NCBI GenBank assembly: GCA_963808625.1
Contig: CAWEHK010000023.1
Span: forward strand, 32,687 to 96,686
Reading direction: 5' to 3'
From: an uncultured delta proteobacterium
GTDB taxonomy: Bacteria > Desulfobacterota > Syntrophobacteria > Syntrophobacterales > Syntrophobacteraceae
DNA: 64,000 nucleotides
In this document: piece by piece, positions 39,749 through 50,668 of the stretch
How positions within the stretch are numbered: the stretch's first letter is position 1
Layout: every line of letters starts with the position of its first letter
The notes under the pieces: model-generated
Seen by the model: only the letters and a program-made list of their open reading frames with translations
Told to the model about the DNA's origin: nothing
Database searches by the model: none
Position numbers and translations under genes: made by a program

Positions 39749-40334
39749 GAAGTCCTCCAGTAATCGCAAAAAACGATGCGTGGACATTGAAATGATCATC
39801 GCTACCTGCTCGCTGAGATGAGAAGGCCTGTTTCAAGGTAGACATGGAATTTCGAGATGCAATTGATGTCGACGTGGGAAGGCCTGAACGGCATCAGTCT
39901 GGTGAGCGGGTGCTCGCCTTTGAAGATGGGACGCTGGCCTTCAAGGAAAGCGGAGCCGATCTGTGGGGTACTCTGGATAATGTTGACGACCTGGCCAGGT
40001 GGATCAGTTTTCTGGATAAATTTTCGGAGGGTTGGGAATGTGGACCAACTGCCGATTTTTCGGTGTTTCAGGCCTCCTGAACCTTCGATCAAACTAACCG
40101 CCGCCGTGGCCCTGTCGGGCCACGGCGTAAAGCAACACCCTGCAGGGAAAACAACTTCGTTGGCTCAGGACAAACCGCCTCAGCTTGAACAATCTCCAAT
40201 CTTTTTGATTTCCTGCCCCCGCCGCCGACAGCTTGCCGGGGTCGATAACCCCGGCCACCCGGCGGGTTGGAAAACCCGCCCTCCGTTATGAGCTGTTGCC
40301 GACAGCTTCCCGGTGTCGAGAACCCCCGCCACCT

Positions 40335-40589
40335 TCATTCGCTTGATTCGAAATTCTTAACGAACTGGCCGATCTGAACTCCCAGGTAGATGCACTGAAT
40401 TCCGTCAAGACAGGCTTCCGCATCCTTCCTCTCGAGATGGGTCGTCAATTCATGTTTGCCTTTGGAAAGTTGCACGATCCACGCGTCTTTCTTCTCATCG
40501 AAACACACGGATAGTCCGAGATCGTGTTTCTTGATTTCCGGGTACATCTCGCGCAGTTTAAATTCCAATGCTTTTGGGTCGATATCCAT
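40335..40589 (-). CDS. Small hypothetical protein
   Basis: RBS AGGAG; co-oriented with the rubredoxin/ferredoxin genes; two Cys (CLDGIQC). Confidence 0.65.
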   Translation of the reverse strand: MDIDPKALEFKLREMYPEIKKHDLGLSVCFDEKKDAWIVQLSKGKHELTTHLERKDAEACLDGIQCIYLGVQIGQFVKNFESSE

Positions 40590-40674
40590 GCCTTCTCCTT
40601 TCGTGTCTCATCATGCTCTGCTTGCACTTATCGTTAAGTAAAGCTCATGGCAGCAGGATTAAGGTCTCTTTTTC

Positions 40675-40833
40675 CTACTCCTTCTCGAATTCATCCTTTG
40701 CAACGCCACAGACCGGGCAGAGCCAGTCTTCCGGAAGGTCTTCGAAGCTGGTTCCCGGGGCGATGCCATTATCGGGATCGCCTACCGCCGGATCATAAAC
40801 ATAGTCACAAATCGTGCAGGCATATCTCTCCAT
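40675..40833 (-). CDS. Rubredoxin (52 aa, absent from the ORF track)
   Basis: [40 protein letters not shown]. Confidence 0.95.
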   Translation of the reverse strand: MERYACTICDYVYDPAVGDPDNGIAPGTSFEDLPEDWLCPVCGVAKDEFEKE

Positions 40834-40863
40834 CCGCTTATCTCCCTCCCGAGCATCAGTCGC

Positions 40864-41058
40864 TCATTCTTCCCACGCAATACATTCCTCCGGACAGGCG
40901 GTGATGGCCTCATCGATGCATTCTTCGTCCCCCCCTTCGGGAAGGATAACGTGAGCGACCTCACCGGCCTCGTCCATTTCAAAGACTTCCGGGCAAAGCT
41001 CCGCGCAGCTGCCGCACCCCGTACAACACTCTTCGTCAAGAACCACTGTTCGACCCAT
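40864..41058 (-). CDS. Monocluster [4Fe-4S] ferredoxin
   Basis: CTGCGSC...CP..F and distal CP..CI. Confidence 0.9.
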   Translation of the reverse strand: MGRTVVLDEECCTGCGSCAELCPEVFEMDEAGEVAHVILPEGGDEECIDEAITACPEECIAWEE

Positions 41059-41138
41059 GTTCTTCTCCTTGATCTGATGGTTAGGCCATGGAAAAGGTCG
41101 CTAACTCCGGTTCCGGGACATTGGCTTGACGGCCGCCG

Positions 41139-41456
41139 TCAGATGGGCGGGGCAATGGTTACGAGCAGGCGGAGGTCGGTTTTTGCCTTGAGTCCGTGCG
41201 GCTCGCTGATCTCCGAAATGAGTACATCACCCGCTTTTGCCGGAAGCGAAGCTCCGTTGCGACCAAGGAATTCTCCTTCACCCTCGATGATCACAAGGCT
41301 TACCTGGCCCTCTATGTCGTGAGAGTGCACGGGCAGTTCCTGGCCCGCTTTGAAGTTGAAGTTGAGGATCTTAAAATAGGGCGAATCGTGAATCAAAAGC
41401 CTCTTGAACGCCTTGTCATCAAAACCGCTTGCCTCATACAAGTTGATCTTCTCCAT
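41139..41456 (-). CDS. Cupin domain protein
   Basis: GQELPVHSH, EGEG.F, GDVL...EPHG. Confidence 0.8.
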   Translation of the reverse strand: MEKINLYEASGFDDKAFKRLLIHDSPYFKILNFNFKAGQELPVHSHDIEGQVSLVIIEGEGEFLGRNGASLPAKAGDVLISEISEPHGLKAKTDLRLLVTIAPPI

Positions 41457-41669
41457 GACCTCTTCCTTTCTTCTGCATCGTTCTCTCGAAGTCTTCCCCG
41501 TGCGATTGGGCAACTCTTCTGTCTGCCCTATTAAAGCTAAGCAATGTTGAGAACAACGCAAATTCTTTCGATAATTTTCTGAGAACGCTTCTGTTCTGCA
41601 CGGGGCGGCGTTGGTCTCGGCCCTCAGCCGGGGAACTGCCGGAAAACCGCTGTGCTGCATGGCATCCGC

Positions 41670-42450
41670 TCAGGGTTTTGCCCACAATTGCCGGTATGCC
41701 AGGCCCGTTGCGATCACCATGGGCACAACCCCGAAGGCGATGAAGACGACATCACCCGGCATGCGCATCCATTCGATAAAACTTACGAAGCCTTGATTCA
41801 TATAGCATGACTTCGGGCATGCCAGTAACCATTGTTCAGCACATCCCAGAGCTGCAATACGCCGCCCGGGAACAGGCTCAAAATAACCATCAGGGCAAGG
41901 CCGGCATTCAGACCGAAGAAGGCAACCCTGATATACTTTTCAGGTTTCACCCATTGGTCCTCGGTAAACATGGCTGCAAGTGCCATCTTCATGGCCGACT
42001 GGCCGGTCCAATACCAGTGGTGGGCCGTGCCCACAATCCCGCTGCCCAGAAACAGAATGGCATCGAGATAGATCACCCGTACGGCCGTCTTCCTGGAAAC
42101 CATTCCCAGTTGAAAAAATTACCGCAACCGGAACCGTGACGAATAATTCGAAGAAGCCTTCAACCCAGAGGTGGATGATCCAGAACCGCCACATGTCCAC
42201 CACCGCATAATTTGATTTGCTCCCGAAGAAGAATGCAGGCAAATAGAAGAATGGGATGGCGGCGGCGCCAAGCAGGAAAAGCGTCGCGATTTCCCGTCGT
42301 TCGGGGTCTCTCCTTGCGGGGGCAATGGCCCGGTATAGAAGAAAAAGCCAAAAAACCAGCCCGATTGCCAGCAGGACTTGCCATGCGCGCCCCAGGTCGA
42401 GATACTCCCAGCCCTGATGGCAAACCAGAACCAAATCTCCAAGGTGGCGG
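41670..42450 (-). pseudogene. norB: Quinol-dependent nitric oxide reductase (qNor) remnant
   Basis: HQGWEYLDLGR, WIIHLWVEGFFE, GTAHHWYW, GYWHARS, RMPGD; 5'-truncated, frameshifted, internally deleted. Confidence 0.85.
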
Positions 42451-42668
42451 CCAATATAGAAGAAAAGACGATTTCTTCAAGGGCTCGCCCATGGTTTCTT
42501 GCAGGGTGTTTGTCGTATCTCGAAAACAGGCGGCAATTAAGGAGATCTCAGTAAAAAATCATTATGATGCCTCATCGCTCTTCGTTTCAGGGTCGACTTC
42601 CGGAAATCTTTTGACTTGCTCGGTCCTCTAAGATATTTTTCAGCGTTTAAATCACCTGGAGAGAAAAG

Positions 42669-43955
42669 ATGGATTTCAATATTGCTCGAAACAGCCGCAT
42701 GTATCGGCTGCCACCTTATGTTTTTGCACAGGTAAACGCCCTGAAGATGGAACGGAGGCGAGCGGGGGAGGACATCATCGACCTCGGTATGGGAAACCCC
42801 GACCTGGCTACGCCCAAACACATTATCGACAAGCTGGTCGAGGCGGTGCAGAAGCCTCACAACCATCGCTACTCGGCCTCCCGCGGCATAACCAGGCTCC
42901 GCGATGCAATCGCCGGCTGGTATAAGCGCCGTTACGATGTCGATCTCGATCCGGAATCCGAGACGGTGGTCACCATTGGCGCCAAGGAAGGGCTGTCGCA
43001 CCTGGTACTGGTTCTGGTGAGCCCTGGCGATGTGGTCTTTGCCCCTAATCCGACCTATCCCATCCATCCGTATTCGGCGATTATTGCCGGCGGTGATGTG
43101 CGTTCCATCCCCATCGGTCCCGACCGGAATTTCCTGGAAGACCTCGAACATGCCACGAAACAAACGTGGCCGAGGCCCAAGCTCCTGATCATTTCCTTTC
43201 CGCACAATCCCACGACATCCGTGGTGGATTTGGATTTCTTTCGGAAGATCGTTGATTTTGCCAAAGACAATGAGCTCATGGTCATTCACGACCTGGCTTA
43301 TGCCGATCTCACCTTTGACGGCTACCAGGCGCCGAGTTTTCTGCAGGCGCCGGGGGCAAAAGAGGTCGGGGTGGAATTTTTTTCGATGTCCAAAAGCTAC
43401 AGCATGGCCGGTTGGCGGGTGGGTTTTTGTGTCGGCAATGCCGAGATGGTGTCGGCGCTGACTCGCATCAAGAGCTATCTTGACTATGGTGTGTTCCAAC
43501 CGATCCAGATTGCCGCCATCATTGCGCTCAATGAAGACCAGGACTGCGTTGATGACATTGTGTCCATTTATGGGTCTCGCCGTGATGTGCTTGTTGACGG
43601 GCTGAACCGTGTTGACTGGCCGGTGGAGAAACCAAAAGGGACCATGTTTCTTTGGGCTCGTATCCCGGAGCCTTTCCGCAAGATGGGTTCGGTGGAGTTT
43701 TCCAAATATCTGGTCCAAGAAGGCAAGGTTGCAGTATCGCCAGGCTTGGGGTTCGGCGAGTACGGCGACGAGTACGTGCGCTTTGCCCTGGTCGAGAACG
43801 AGCTGCGGATCAGGCAGGCCATTCGCGGGATTCGGCGCGCTTTGCAGGGGACGGTGAATAGAGTGAAGAGTGGAGACAGTGATCAGTGGTCAGTGCGCAG
43901 CCAAAAGCCAAAAGCCAAGAGCCAAGCGAGCCAACAGCTAAGAGCCAAGAGCTAA
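42669..43955 (+). CDS. alaC: Class I/II PLP aminotransferase, AlaC-like
   Basis: [41 protein letters not shown]; upstream of hom. Confidence 0.8.
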   Translation: MDFNIARNSRMYRLPPYVFAQVNALKMERRRAGEDIIDLGMGNPDLATPKHIIDKLVEAVQKPHNHRYSASRGITRLRDAIAGWYKRRYDVDLDPESETVVTIGAKEGLSHLVLVLVSPGDVVFAPNPTYPIHPYSAIIAGGDVRSIPIGPDRNFLEDLEHATKQTWPRPKLLIISFPHNPTTSVVDLDFFRKIVDFAKDNELMVIHDLAYADLTFDGYQAPSFLQAPGAKEVGVEFFSMSKSYSMAGWRVGFCVGNAEMVSALTRIKSYLDYGVFQPIQIAAIIALNEDQDCVDDIVSIYGSRRDVLVDGLNRVDWPVEKPKGTMFLWARIPEPFRKMGSVEFSKYLVQEGKVAVSPGLGFGEYGDEYVRFALVENELRIRQAIRGIRRALQGTVNRVKSGDSDQWSVRSQKPKAKSQASQQLRAKS

Positions 43956-43970
43956 CAGCTAACAGCCAAA
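43853..43970 (+). repeat. Heptamer repeat tract inside the 3' end of the aminotransferase ORF
   Basis: gtgaatagagtgaagagtg..cagtggtcagt then (AGCCAAA/AGCCAAG/AGCTAAC)n. Confidence 0.7.
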
Positions 43971-43984
43971 GAATTGAGGATGAG

Positions 43985-45307
43985 ATGGGTGACATTGGGG
44001 TAGGATTGATCGGATGGGGAACGGTGGGCTGCGGTGTGATCGAGGTGCTCAGACAGAATGCCGAGGCCATTGAAAACCGCCTCGGGGTGCGTCTCGAATT
44101 GAAGCGGGTGGCAGACATTGACCTGGACCGCCCAAGGCCGGTTGCGGTGCCGCGCGAGAAGCTCACCACCCGTGCCGAAGACATTCTAAACGATCCCGAT
44201 ATCCAGATTGTGATTGAATTGATGGGCGGGCTCGGTGCGGCCAAGAGTTTCATCATTCAGGCCCTCGAAAACAAGAAGCATGTGGTGACGGCCAACAAGG
44301 CGCTGCTCGCTCATGCCGGCAATGAGCTCTTCGAGGTTGCCGCCCGCAATGATCGCACCATCGGTTTCGAAGCCGCCGTTGCCGGCGGCATCCCGTTCAT
44401 CAAGGCGCTTCGGGAAGGGCTTGCCGGGAACCAGATCGACACCATTTTCGGCATTCTCAACGGCACGGCGAATTTCATTCTCACCCGCATGACCCAACAG
44501 GGCCTGTCGTTTCAGGACGCGCTCCGGGAGGCGCAGGAGAAAGGCTACGCGGAAGCCAACCCGGCCCTGGACATTGAGGGTACGGACACCGCTCACAAGT
44601 TGGCCATTGCCAGTGCGATTGCCTTTGGCACGCCAATCCAGCTCGATCAGGTCTATGTCGAAGGGATCACCCGTATCGATCCTATTGATATTCAGTTTGG
44701 TGAGGAATTCGGATATCGGCTGAAGCTCCTGGCCATCGCCCGCTATCGAGACGGCCAACTGGAGATGCGGGTGCATCCGACACTGATTTCCCGTGACCAC
44801 GTTCTGGCGGGCGTCGATGGCGCCTACAATGCGGTGCATGTGCACGGCAATGCCGTTGGCAACATCATGCTGTATGGTCTCGGCGCCGGGATGATGCCAA
44901 CCGGCAGTGCCGTCGTGAGTGATTTGATCGACCTTGCCCGGGACATCCTCGGCAACACCATGGGACGCATCCCGCCCCTGGCTTTCCGCCCGGAAAAGCT
45001 TAAGGAGGCCGTGATCAAGCCCATCTCGGGGGTGACCACCTGCTACTATCTCCGTTTTGCGGCGCTCGACCGGCCCGGAGTCCTTTCGAGGATTGCCGGA
45101 ATTCTCGGCAAGAACCAGATCAGCATCGCATCGGTCATCCAGAAGGGACGGCAGGTGGAGGAGGCCGTCCCGATCGTCATGCTGACGCACGAAGCACTCG
45201 AAAGCTCCATGCAACAGGCGCTTACGGAAATCAACCAACTGGATGTGGTGGCGGGGCCGACCCAGGTCATTCGCATCGAGAATCAAGAAACCGGCAGCCT
45301 CAGTTAA
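43985..45307 (+). CDS. hom: Homoserine dehydrogenase with ACT domain
   Basis: G.GTVG, VVTANK, FEAAVAGGIP, GILNGT.N, GYAEA.P, DRPGVL. Confidence 0.95.
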   Translation: MGDIGVGLIGWGTVGCGVIEVLRQNAEAIENRLGVRLELKRVADIDLDRPRPVAVPREKLTTRAEDILNDPDIQIVIELMGGLGAAKSFIIQALENKKHVVTANKALLAHAGNELFEVAARNDRTIGFEAAVAGGIPFIKALREGLAGNQIDTIFGILNGTANFILTRMTQQGLSFQDALREAQEKGYAEANPALDIEGTDTAHKLAIASAIAFGTPIQLDQVYVEGITRIDPIDIQFGEEFGYRLKLLAIARYRDGQLEMRVHPTLISRDHVLAGVDGAYNAVHVHGNAVGNIMLYGLGAGMMPTGSAVVSDLIDLARDILGNTMGRIPPLAFRPEKLKEAVIKPISGVTTCYYLRFAALDRPGVLSRIAGILGKNQISIASVIQKGRQVEEAVPIVMLTHEALESSMQQALTEINQLDVVAGPTQVIRIENQETGSLS

Positions 45308-45411
45308 AAGGCAGTGAAAAGTGAATAGTGAACAGTGGTCAGTTGGAGATCGGAAAGCCATTTCTGCGGTACGGCACTGAGGGCCAGAAAGCAGCGCAGG
45401 TCGATTGGAAA

Positions 45412-46636
45412 ATGGATAGGAAATATATCATCTTGGTCGGTGATGGGATGGGTGATTATGCCCTTGAGGAACTGGAGGGCAGGACGCCCCTTGAGGTGGC
45501 GCAGACTCCCAACCTGGATCGGCTTGTACCCAAAGGCCGCCTGGGCCTGGTGCGGACCGTTCCCGAGGGGATGGAGCCGGGGAGCGATGTTGCCAATATG
45601 AGCCTGCTGGGCTATGATCCCCGGCAATACCATACCGGCAGGGGTCCTCTCGAAGCGGCCAGCATGGGCATCCATCTCGCCGGCAACGAGGTGGCGTTTC
45701 GCTGCAACCTCGTAAATTTGGAGACGGATGCGTCGGGGGTGATCAGCATGGGTGATTATTCCTCAGGCCACATTACCAGCAGTGAATCGCATCAGATCGT
45801 CGCTTCGCTGCAAAGCGCCATTGCCGGGACGCCTCTGAAGCTTTATCCGGGTGTGAGTTACCGTCACCTCCTGGTGTGGCCGGATGGGCCCGATGACCTC
45901 AAAACCACGCCGCCTCACGACATTACCGGCAAACCGGTGGCATCCTATCGGCAAGGCTGTGTGGAAGAACCCGTTTTGCGCGCCTTCATGGAAAAAGCCG
46001 CCGCCATTCTCGCGGACCATCCGGTGAATCGGGAGCGGCGGGCTGCGGGGAAGCGTCCCGCTAACGCCGTATGGCCCTGGGGGCAGGGGCGGGCGCCCTC
46101 GATGCCCACCCTGAAGGAGCAAATTTGGGCTGACCGGGGCGATGATTTCAGCGGTTGACCTCTTGAAAGGTTTGGGGGTCTATGCGGGCTTGGAGCCGAT
46201 TGCCGTGCCTGGGGTGACGGGATACCTCGATACGAATTACGCCGGCAAAGTGGATGCAGCCATGAAAGCCCTGGAGACGGGGAATTTTGTCTATGTCCAT
46301 ATCGAAGCTCCTGACGAAGCAAGCCATGAAGGCAGCCTGGAGAAAAAGCTCGAAGCGATTGCCGCCTTTGACGAAAAGGTTCTCGGCCCAATGGTGGAAC
46401 GGGCGGGCAAGTTTCCTGAAGTGCGCATGATGGTGGTTACCGACCATCTTACACCGATATCAGTGCGCACCCATGTGGCCGATCCCGTTCCCTTTCTGCT
46501 GGTGGAAGACCTGCACGCCGGCAGTTCGGTGGGCGCACCCGCAGTCAAGTTCTGCGAGCGGACGGCAAAGCACACGGGCTGGCAGGTGAACAGCGGCGCC
46601 GAACTTCTCGAAATTTTTCTCGGCCTGAAGCGATGA
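45412..46636 (+). CDS. apgM: Cofactor-independent phosphoglycerate mutase-like protein (ApgM family; frameshift near 46130)
   Basis: GDGMGD, TPLE.A.TP, PGSDVAN, HIEAPDEASH, TDH.TP. Confidence 0.85.
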
Positions 46637-46645
46637 GGTCAAGCA

Positions 46646-47050
46646 ATGGCTGTTCAAACGGAATTCAGAGTCATCTACGGCGACACCGATGCCATGGGCA
46701 ATGTCTATTATGGCAACTACCTGAGATGGTTTGAGGTCGGACGTTCCGAGTGGTTTCGGAAGAGCGGTATGACCTACCGGGAGCTCGAAAGTGGGGGAGT
46801 TTACCTTCCTGTGGTCGAGGCCCACTGTTCCTACAGCAAACCCGCCTTTTACGACGATCTGCTGACGATTGCGACATCGTTCAAATTCTCGGGTCCGGCA
46901 CGCCTGCGCTTTGAGTACGTAATCAAACGCAACGGGGAAACTCTGGCGGTCGGCTACACCGTTCATGCCTGTGTGAATCGTGAGCGAAAAGTGCTCAAGC
47001 CCCCTGGTTATCTGAAAACCCTGCTCGAATCCCGGCAGGATGCCGAATGA
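46646..47050 (+). CDS. YbgC/4HBT-family acyl-CoA thioesterase
   Basis: RVIYGDTDAMG.VYYGNYLRWFE.GR. Confidence 0.9.
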   Translation: MAVQTEFRVIYGDTDAMGNVYYGNYLRWFEVGRSEWFRKSGMTYRELESGGVYLPVVEAHCSYSKPAFYDDLLTIATSFKFSGPARLRFEYVIKRNGETLAVGYTVHACVNRERKVLKPPGYLKTLLESRQDAE

Positions 47051-47168
47051 TCCCGGTTCGCCGTCAGTTTTGAGAAGGCGAGGGTCCAGGCGCGTCTGAG
47101 ATCCCGGGATTCGTCACGCACGCGATCACGACGCGGTGATTGGATCTGTGGATAAGGATCAAGAGAAA

Positions 47169-47918
47169 ATGATCATTTTTCCGGCAATAGACATTAAGAA
47201 TGGGTTGTGCGTTCGCCTCATGCAGGGGGACCCCGAGCGGGTGACCGTCTATGGCAGAGATCCCGTGGCCGTGGCGCGGCGCTGGGAGGAGGCGGGGGCT
47301 CAGTGGCTGCATGTCGTAGATCTCGATGGGGCGTTTTCCCAGGCCCCGATCAATCATGAGGTCATCGCCAGGATGGTAAAAGCGGTTTCAATCCCGGTGC
47401 AGGTGGGGGGTGGTATTCGGCGCCAGGCAACCATTGAGGATTATCTTACGTCCGGGGTCGAGCGCGTCATCCTGGGTACGGCGGCCCTGCGCGAGCCTCG
47501 AGTTCTGGAAGAGGCGTGTCGAAGCTTTCCCCGCCGTATTGCGCTGGGGATTGACGCCCGCGATGGCCAGGTGGCAATTGAAGGGTGGACGGAAACGACG
47601 GGTACGGATGCGGTTTCGCTGGTCCGCAGTCTTTCGCACCTGGAACTTGCCGCTGTCATTTATACGGATATCCATCGCGACGGCATGCAATCCGGCGTCA
47701 ATGTGCAGGCGACACACACGCTCCTGGAGGCAACGGAGTTGCCGGTCATCGCCTCGGGCGGGGTGGCAACTCTCGAAGACATCGAAGCTCTGTTGCCTTT
47801 GATTCCGCTCGGCCTGCTGGGAGTCATCACCGGGCGGGCTATCTACAATGGGACTTTGGTGCTCCGTGAGGCTCTCGCGCTGGTTCATGAACACCTGGCC
47901 AAACAGCGTGTTTCATAA
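47169..47918 (+). CDS. hisA: ProFAR isomerase
   Basis: IFPAIDI..G.CVRL.QG, HVVDLDGA, VGGGIR, YTDI.RDG, ASGG. Confidence 0.95.
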   Translation: MIIFPAIDIKNGLCVRLMQGDPERVTVYGRDPVAVARRWEEAGAQWLHVVDLDGAFSQAPINHEVIARMVKAVSIPVQVGGGIRRQATIEDYLTSGVERVILGTAALREPRVLEEACRSFPRRIALGIDARDGQVAIEGWTETTGTDAVSLVRSLSHLELAAVIYTDIHRDGMQSGVNVQATHTLLEATELPVIASGGVATLEDIEALLPLIPLGLLGVITGRAIYNGTLVLREALALVHEHLAKQRVS

Positions 47919-48202
47919 GAGACTGTCGAAAAACAATCTACACCCAAGTTGAGCGATTCCTTTTAGAGAGTCTAGTCCAGTCAAACTGGCGCAAGCCGGC
48001 ATCCAGTCTATGGCTCTTCTTACTGGACTCCGTCGTTTTCGCCGAAATGACGTTGGGTTGGCGGCGAAATCGCTCAGATTAGGTTACACTCACTTCAGCC
48101 CTTTTTCGAACCACGAAGAACACGAAGCACACGAAGAGCACGAAGAAGTCACTTCGTGTTACTTCGTGGCAAAAGAATGCCGTTTATTTTTGGCCACACC
48201 CC
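47916..48202 (-). mobile_element. MITE family A copy interrupted by a nested ~145 bp element
   Basis: Family A ends at 47919 and ~48200; insert bounded by acccaagttgagcgatt / aatcgctcagattaggt. Confidence 0.65.
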
Positions 48203-48246
48203 AACACAACACAGCGTGTTTCAACCGACTGAAAGAGAGGTCCCGC

Positions 48247-48693
48247 ATGGAATTGCAGGAACGTATTGAGCAGGCGTTGAAAGCAGCGATCCGCGAGCAG
48301 AGCGAGAACAAACGGAATGCTATCAGGCTGCTGCTCACGGCCATCAAAGTCAAAGAAAAAGAGCTCAAGCGCGCGCTCGCTGAAGCCGAGATACAGCAGG
48401 TGATCGCTTCCCAGATCAAACAGCGGCGGGATTCCGTTGAGCAATATCAAGCGGCAAAAAGGGCCGATCGAGCGGCTGTGGAGGAAGATGAAATCCGCAT
48501 CCTCCAGGCTTTCCTGCCCGAGGCCATGAGCCCGGAAGCTTTGGAGCAGCTGGTCAAGGAAGCCATTCTCGAAGCGGGTGCGCAGTCTGCCAGGGACATG
48601 GGAAAGGTGATGAAGGTGCTCATGCCCAAGGTGGCGGGCCGTGCCGACGGGAAGCAGGTGAACGAACTGGTCCGGGCAAAACTCCAAGGGTAA
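48247..48693 (+). CDS. GatB/YqeY domain protein
   Basis: KQRRDS.EQY, E..IL..FLP, DMGKVMK, GRADGK. Confidence 0.9.
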   Translation: MELQERIEQALKAAIREQSENKRNAIRLLLTAIKVKEKELKRALAEAEIQQVIASQIKQRRDSVEQYQAAKRADRAAVEEDEIRILQAFLPEAMSPEALEQLVKEAILEAGAQSARDMGKVMKVLMPKVAGRADGKQVNELVRAKLQG

Positions 48694-48835
48694 TAGTCTG
48701 TTAACCGGTCTCCGGGAAAATTCTGAGCAAGACCCCTTGATTTGGCAGTTCCCAGCGGATAAAAGTAAACGGATTTGCCGGTAACATTTCTCAGGGGCTC
48801 CTTTGCTGCTGTCCATCAAGATTAGGCTCTTTTAG

Positions 48836-50656
48836 GTGATAGGTTCTGATTTAGCCAGCTTGGTGAAGCAGGCTGTCGATATCGTGGAGGTGGTCGGTCA
48901 GGTCGTTCCTCTGCGTCGAGCCGGCTCCCGCCATGTTGGCCTGTGTCCTTTTCATCGTGAGAAAACGCCATCGTTTTATGTCGATTCGACTAGCCAGATG
49001 TATCATTGTTTTGGCTGCGGTGCGGGTGGGGACGTCCTCAGCTTTGTCATGAAGCATCAAAACCTCCCGTTTGTTGATGCCATTCAGCACCTTGCCGACC
49101 GCTACCATATCAACTTGCCGCAAAGAGACCCCTTGCACCCGGAGGCTGAGAAACATGCCGAAGCGGCCAAGAGTGAGCAGGAACAACTCTACAAGGTTAT
49201 GGACTTGGCCACGGAGTTCTTCTGCCGCCAACTGCACCTCCCTGAGACTGGTAAACCAGCCCGGGACTATCTGCACAGACGGGCACTGCCTGCGGGCCTG
49301 GTGGAAACGGAGCGTTTGGGTTATGCGCTCCCGCAATGGGATGCCCTCTTGAAGCATCTGCAACACTGCAAAATCGATCCTGACCTGGGAGCGAAAGCTG
49401 GACTGCTGGCAAGAAGCGGACGTGACCAGGGCAGGCTCTATGACCGTTTCAGAAACCGCGTGATTTTTCCCATAAAGGATGAGCGTAGCCGGGTGGTCGC
49501 GTTTGGGGGGAGAATTCTCGGCAGCGAGGCTCAAGGCGAACCGAAATATCTGAACAGCCCGGAGCATCCGGTCTTTCACAAAGGACGCTTGCTCTACCAG
49601 TTTGCCAGGGCGCGAGAAGCCTGCCGGCAGGTCCGTCAGGTCGTGCTCGTGGAAGGCTACATGGATTTGCTGGCATTTCATGCTCAGGGGTTCTACCGGG
49701 TAGTAGCGACGCTGGGGACGGCCCTTACGCCGCACCACGTCCGCCTGCTCTCGCGTCACGTCGAGGAAGTGGTCCTGGCCTACGATGGCGACGAGGCTGG
49801 TGACCGGGCCATGCTGCGGGCTTTGCCCCTGTTCCTTCAGGAGGAACTGGCGGTGAGCTGTATCCGGTTCCCGGAACGGATGGATCCGGATGATTTCCTG
49901 CGCAGGCAAGGTCTGGAAGCTTTTGAGGACCTTGTTCAGCGGCGGGAAGACCTGGGTGCTTATGCCATCCGCAAAGCTTTGGAAAACTGGGACGGCACGA
50001 TGGCGGGGAAGGGGAAAGTGCTTGCTGCCTTCCAGCCGATCTATCAGAGCACACGGCAGCCGATGCTGAAAGCCGAATATCTCCGCTTGATCGCCGACCG
50101 GCTCTCGCTTTCGGAAACCGTCATTCAGCAGCAGTTGCAGCATGATGCGCGCCAATTCAGCAAAGCCGCGATGACGCCTCGTGCGCCTGCCCCGCTCAGG
50201 CTTGTCCAGTCGCATTCCCTGGAGGAAAATATTCTCCGGATGATGATTCAACATCCCGACATGATCGGCAAGGTGAAGGACTCGGGGGCCATTGGCGGTT
50301 TTCAGGAAACCGGGCTGCGGTCCATAGCGGAAGTCGTGATCCAGGCCCCCTATCCGCCCGAGGGGGATTTCAGTCCCAGGGCCGTCCACGACCGGTTGCC
50401 CGAATCCGAGCTGAAAGAGTGTTTTACCGGACTCCTGCTCGACCCCTTTGACCTGGACGATGCTCCCTTGCACCTGCAGGACTGGCTGGATGCCGTGCTG
50501 AAGCGCGGCCGCAAACAACGGTGGCTGGATTTGCAGGCGGCCTTGCGCCAGGCCGAGCAAAGTGGCGACCAGCTTCAAATCCGAAGAATTCTGGCGGAAA
50601 TACAGGGCCTCAATGATTTTCAGAAAAGATCTGCGGATACTCGAAGTAACGTTTAG
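48836..50656 (+). CDS. dnaG: DNA primase
   Basis: CPFH.EKTPSF..CFGC, DRFRNR, PKYLNSPE, VEGYMD, YDGDEAG, DPD. Confidence 0.97.
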   Translation: MIGSDLASLVKQAVDIVEVVGQVVPLRRAGSRHVGLCPFHREKTPSFYVDSTSQMYHCFGCGAGGDVLSFVMKHQNLPFVDAIQHLADRYHINLPQRDPLHPEAEKHAEAAKSEQEQLYKVMDLATEFFCRQLHLPETGKPARDYLHRRALPAGLVETERLGYALPQWDALLKHLQHCKIDPDLGAKAGLLARSGRDQGRLYDRFRNRVIFPIKDERSRVVAFGGRILGSEAQGEPKYLNSPEHPVFHKGRLLYQFARAREACRQVRQVVLVEGYMDLLAFHAQGFYRVVATLGTALTPHHVRLLSRHVEEVVLAYDGDEAGDRAMLRALPLFLQEELAVSCIRFPERMDPDDFLRRQGLEAFEDLVQRREDLGAYAIRKALENWDGTMAGKGKVLAAFQPIYQSTRQPMLKAEYLRLIADRLSLSETVIQQQLQHDARQFSKAAMTPRAPAPLRLVQSHSLEENILRMMIQHPDMIGKVKDSGAIGGFQETGLRSIAEVVIQAPYPPEGDFSPRAVHDRLPESELKECFTGLLLDPFDLDDAPLHLQDWLDAVLKRGRKQRWLDLQAALRQAEQSGDQLQIRRILAEIQGLNDFQKRSADTRSNV

Positions 50657-50668
50657 AGAGAGGAACCG

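Noticed and set aside
39844..40080. 78-aa ORF as a gene
   Set aside because: Plausible composition but no recognisable motif and only a weak RBS; cannot be supported without a search.
48851..50578. Long antisense ORFs (opposite dnaG, secA, hom, alaC, purF, and the 28663 gene)
   Set aside because: Shadow ORFs expected from GC-rich codon bias; no recognisable motifs.
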